A stretch of DNA of 20,000 nt from Chiloscyllium plagiosum (lineage: Eukaryota): NCBI RefSeq assembly GCF_004010195.1, contig NC_057720.1, positions 6,736,114 through 6,756,113 on the forward strand. The letters run 5' to 3'. Each line of letters begins with the position of its first letter. Within the stretch, counting starts at the first letter, position 1. Shown piece after piece: positions 19,031 through 20,000 of the stretch. Position numbers and translations under genes: made by a program. Below the pieces are notes generated by a model. That model did no database searches. It saw only the letters and a program-made list of their open reading frames with translations, and was not told where the DNA came from.

Positions 19031-19863
19031 GGAAAACCAAAATTACTTGGGTCTCTGAATGAACAGTCCCATGATAATGCTACTAGGTCGTTAGCTCCCC
19101 TCAATTATTCACGTTCTGAGGATATTATAGGCCAGGCCATCTCTAATTGCCTAAAGAGCAGTGTGGTCAGGGGTGGTCAGCAGCAGAAATGGCTACAAAA
19201 CTGGTTTAGAGCTAAAATCAAGCATGCTGGGAACTTTGGTTAAGCTAGTTTAGAGTCTGACCTCAGTTAAAACTCAGCCAGGAAATGTCCTGTAAATTGT
19301 GACCTCCAACTTCCTGTGTTGATCAAATCAGGGAGATGTTATGGTGGTCAGCTAGACATACTGGCACCATATTACCTTATATGGAGTATGGAATATAGCG
19401 ATTTATGACTTGGTAAACTCCATTGTCTGGGATCAGATCATGTAATCAGGTTTGGTAAATTCATTGGCTGCTCGCCAGACACGTTTCTAGAAGGACGATC
19501 AGATTTTGTAATAAAAGTTAGCAGAACAAAGGATTTTGCAAAAGTGAGCCTTCGAGTCCAACATTTGAGAAGTATGTGCCCGGAATCATCATCAGAGAGA
19601 CAAAGACCCAAAAAGCAAGATCTCCACCGAGAGCAAAAATTGGCCACTTCATTTCAATCAGGGCGGTTTCAAGTCAAACTTATAAAGTTGGAGTTGGAAT
19701 TAAATGTGAATTAAGTTAAAGTAAGGTAAAGTGGAGTTAAATAAAGTGAGTTAAATTTGAAGTTAAGTTTGATGAAGTAAAAATTAAACATGGCCATTAA
19801 TATATTGTAATACTGAGCATTGGTACTTAAAGAGTTAAAATAAAGAAGTGTTTGTTTAAGTAA

Positions 19864-20000
19864 TGAGGAGAAAGTGAGGGCTGCAGATGCTGGAGATCAG
19901 AGATGGAAATGTGTTGCTGGAGAAGCGCAGCAGGTCAGGCAGCATCTAGGGAACAGGAGAATCGACGTTTCGGGCATTAGCCCTTCTTCAGGAATCCTGA
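19864..20000. mobile_element. Penelope-like terminal repeat, family B; the palindrome probably continues beyond the window
   Basis: Homologous to 10316-10420. Ends in the symmetric centre TCAGGA-A-TCCTGA. Confidence 0.85.
19959..19996 (-). ncRNA. Minimal type I hammerhead ribozyme, family B, fully canonical core
   Basis: Minus strand GATTC-CTGAAGA-A-GGGC-TAAT-GCCC-GAAAC-GTC-GATTC. GUC triplet at 19966-19964, stem I GAUUC/GAUUC with one U.U pair. Confidence 0.85.

Overview
This is eukaryotic, repeat-dominated DNA. The repeat families (HE1/V-SINE, Deu-SINE, CR1-type LINEs, Rex/Babar, Penelope-like elements) point to a cartilaginous fish, probably a shark. Family names come from recalled consensus sequences, not from a database search. 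No host protein-coding gene could be supported; the listed ORFs are LINE/Penelope fragments, antisense or off-frame readings of repeats, or short and unrecognised. The main signal is a set of nine Penelope-like (PLE) terminal-repeat insertions from at least three sequence families. They carry minimal hammerhead-ribozyme motifs (CUGANGA-stem II-GAAA-NUH) whose stem III is a loop-less palindrome (ACGU or AGCU), a form expected to work only as a dimer. Five insertions are inverted repeats with 11-14 bp target-site duplications (TSDs) and one arm about 25-40 nt shorter than the other. In the largest, the two arms differ mainly at synonymous or conservative codon positions, which suggests two different templates were joined in one insertion.
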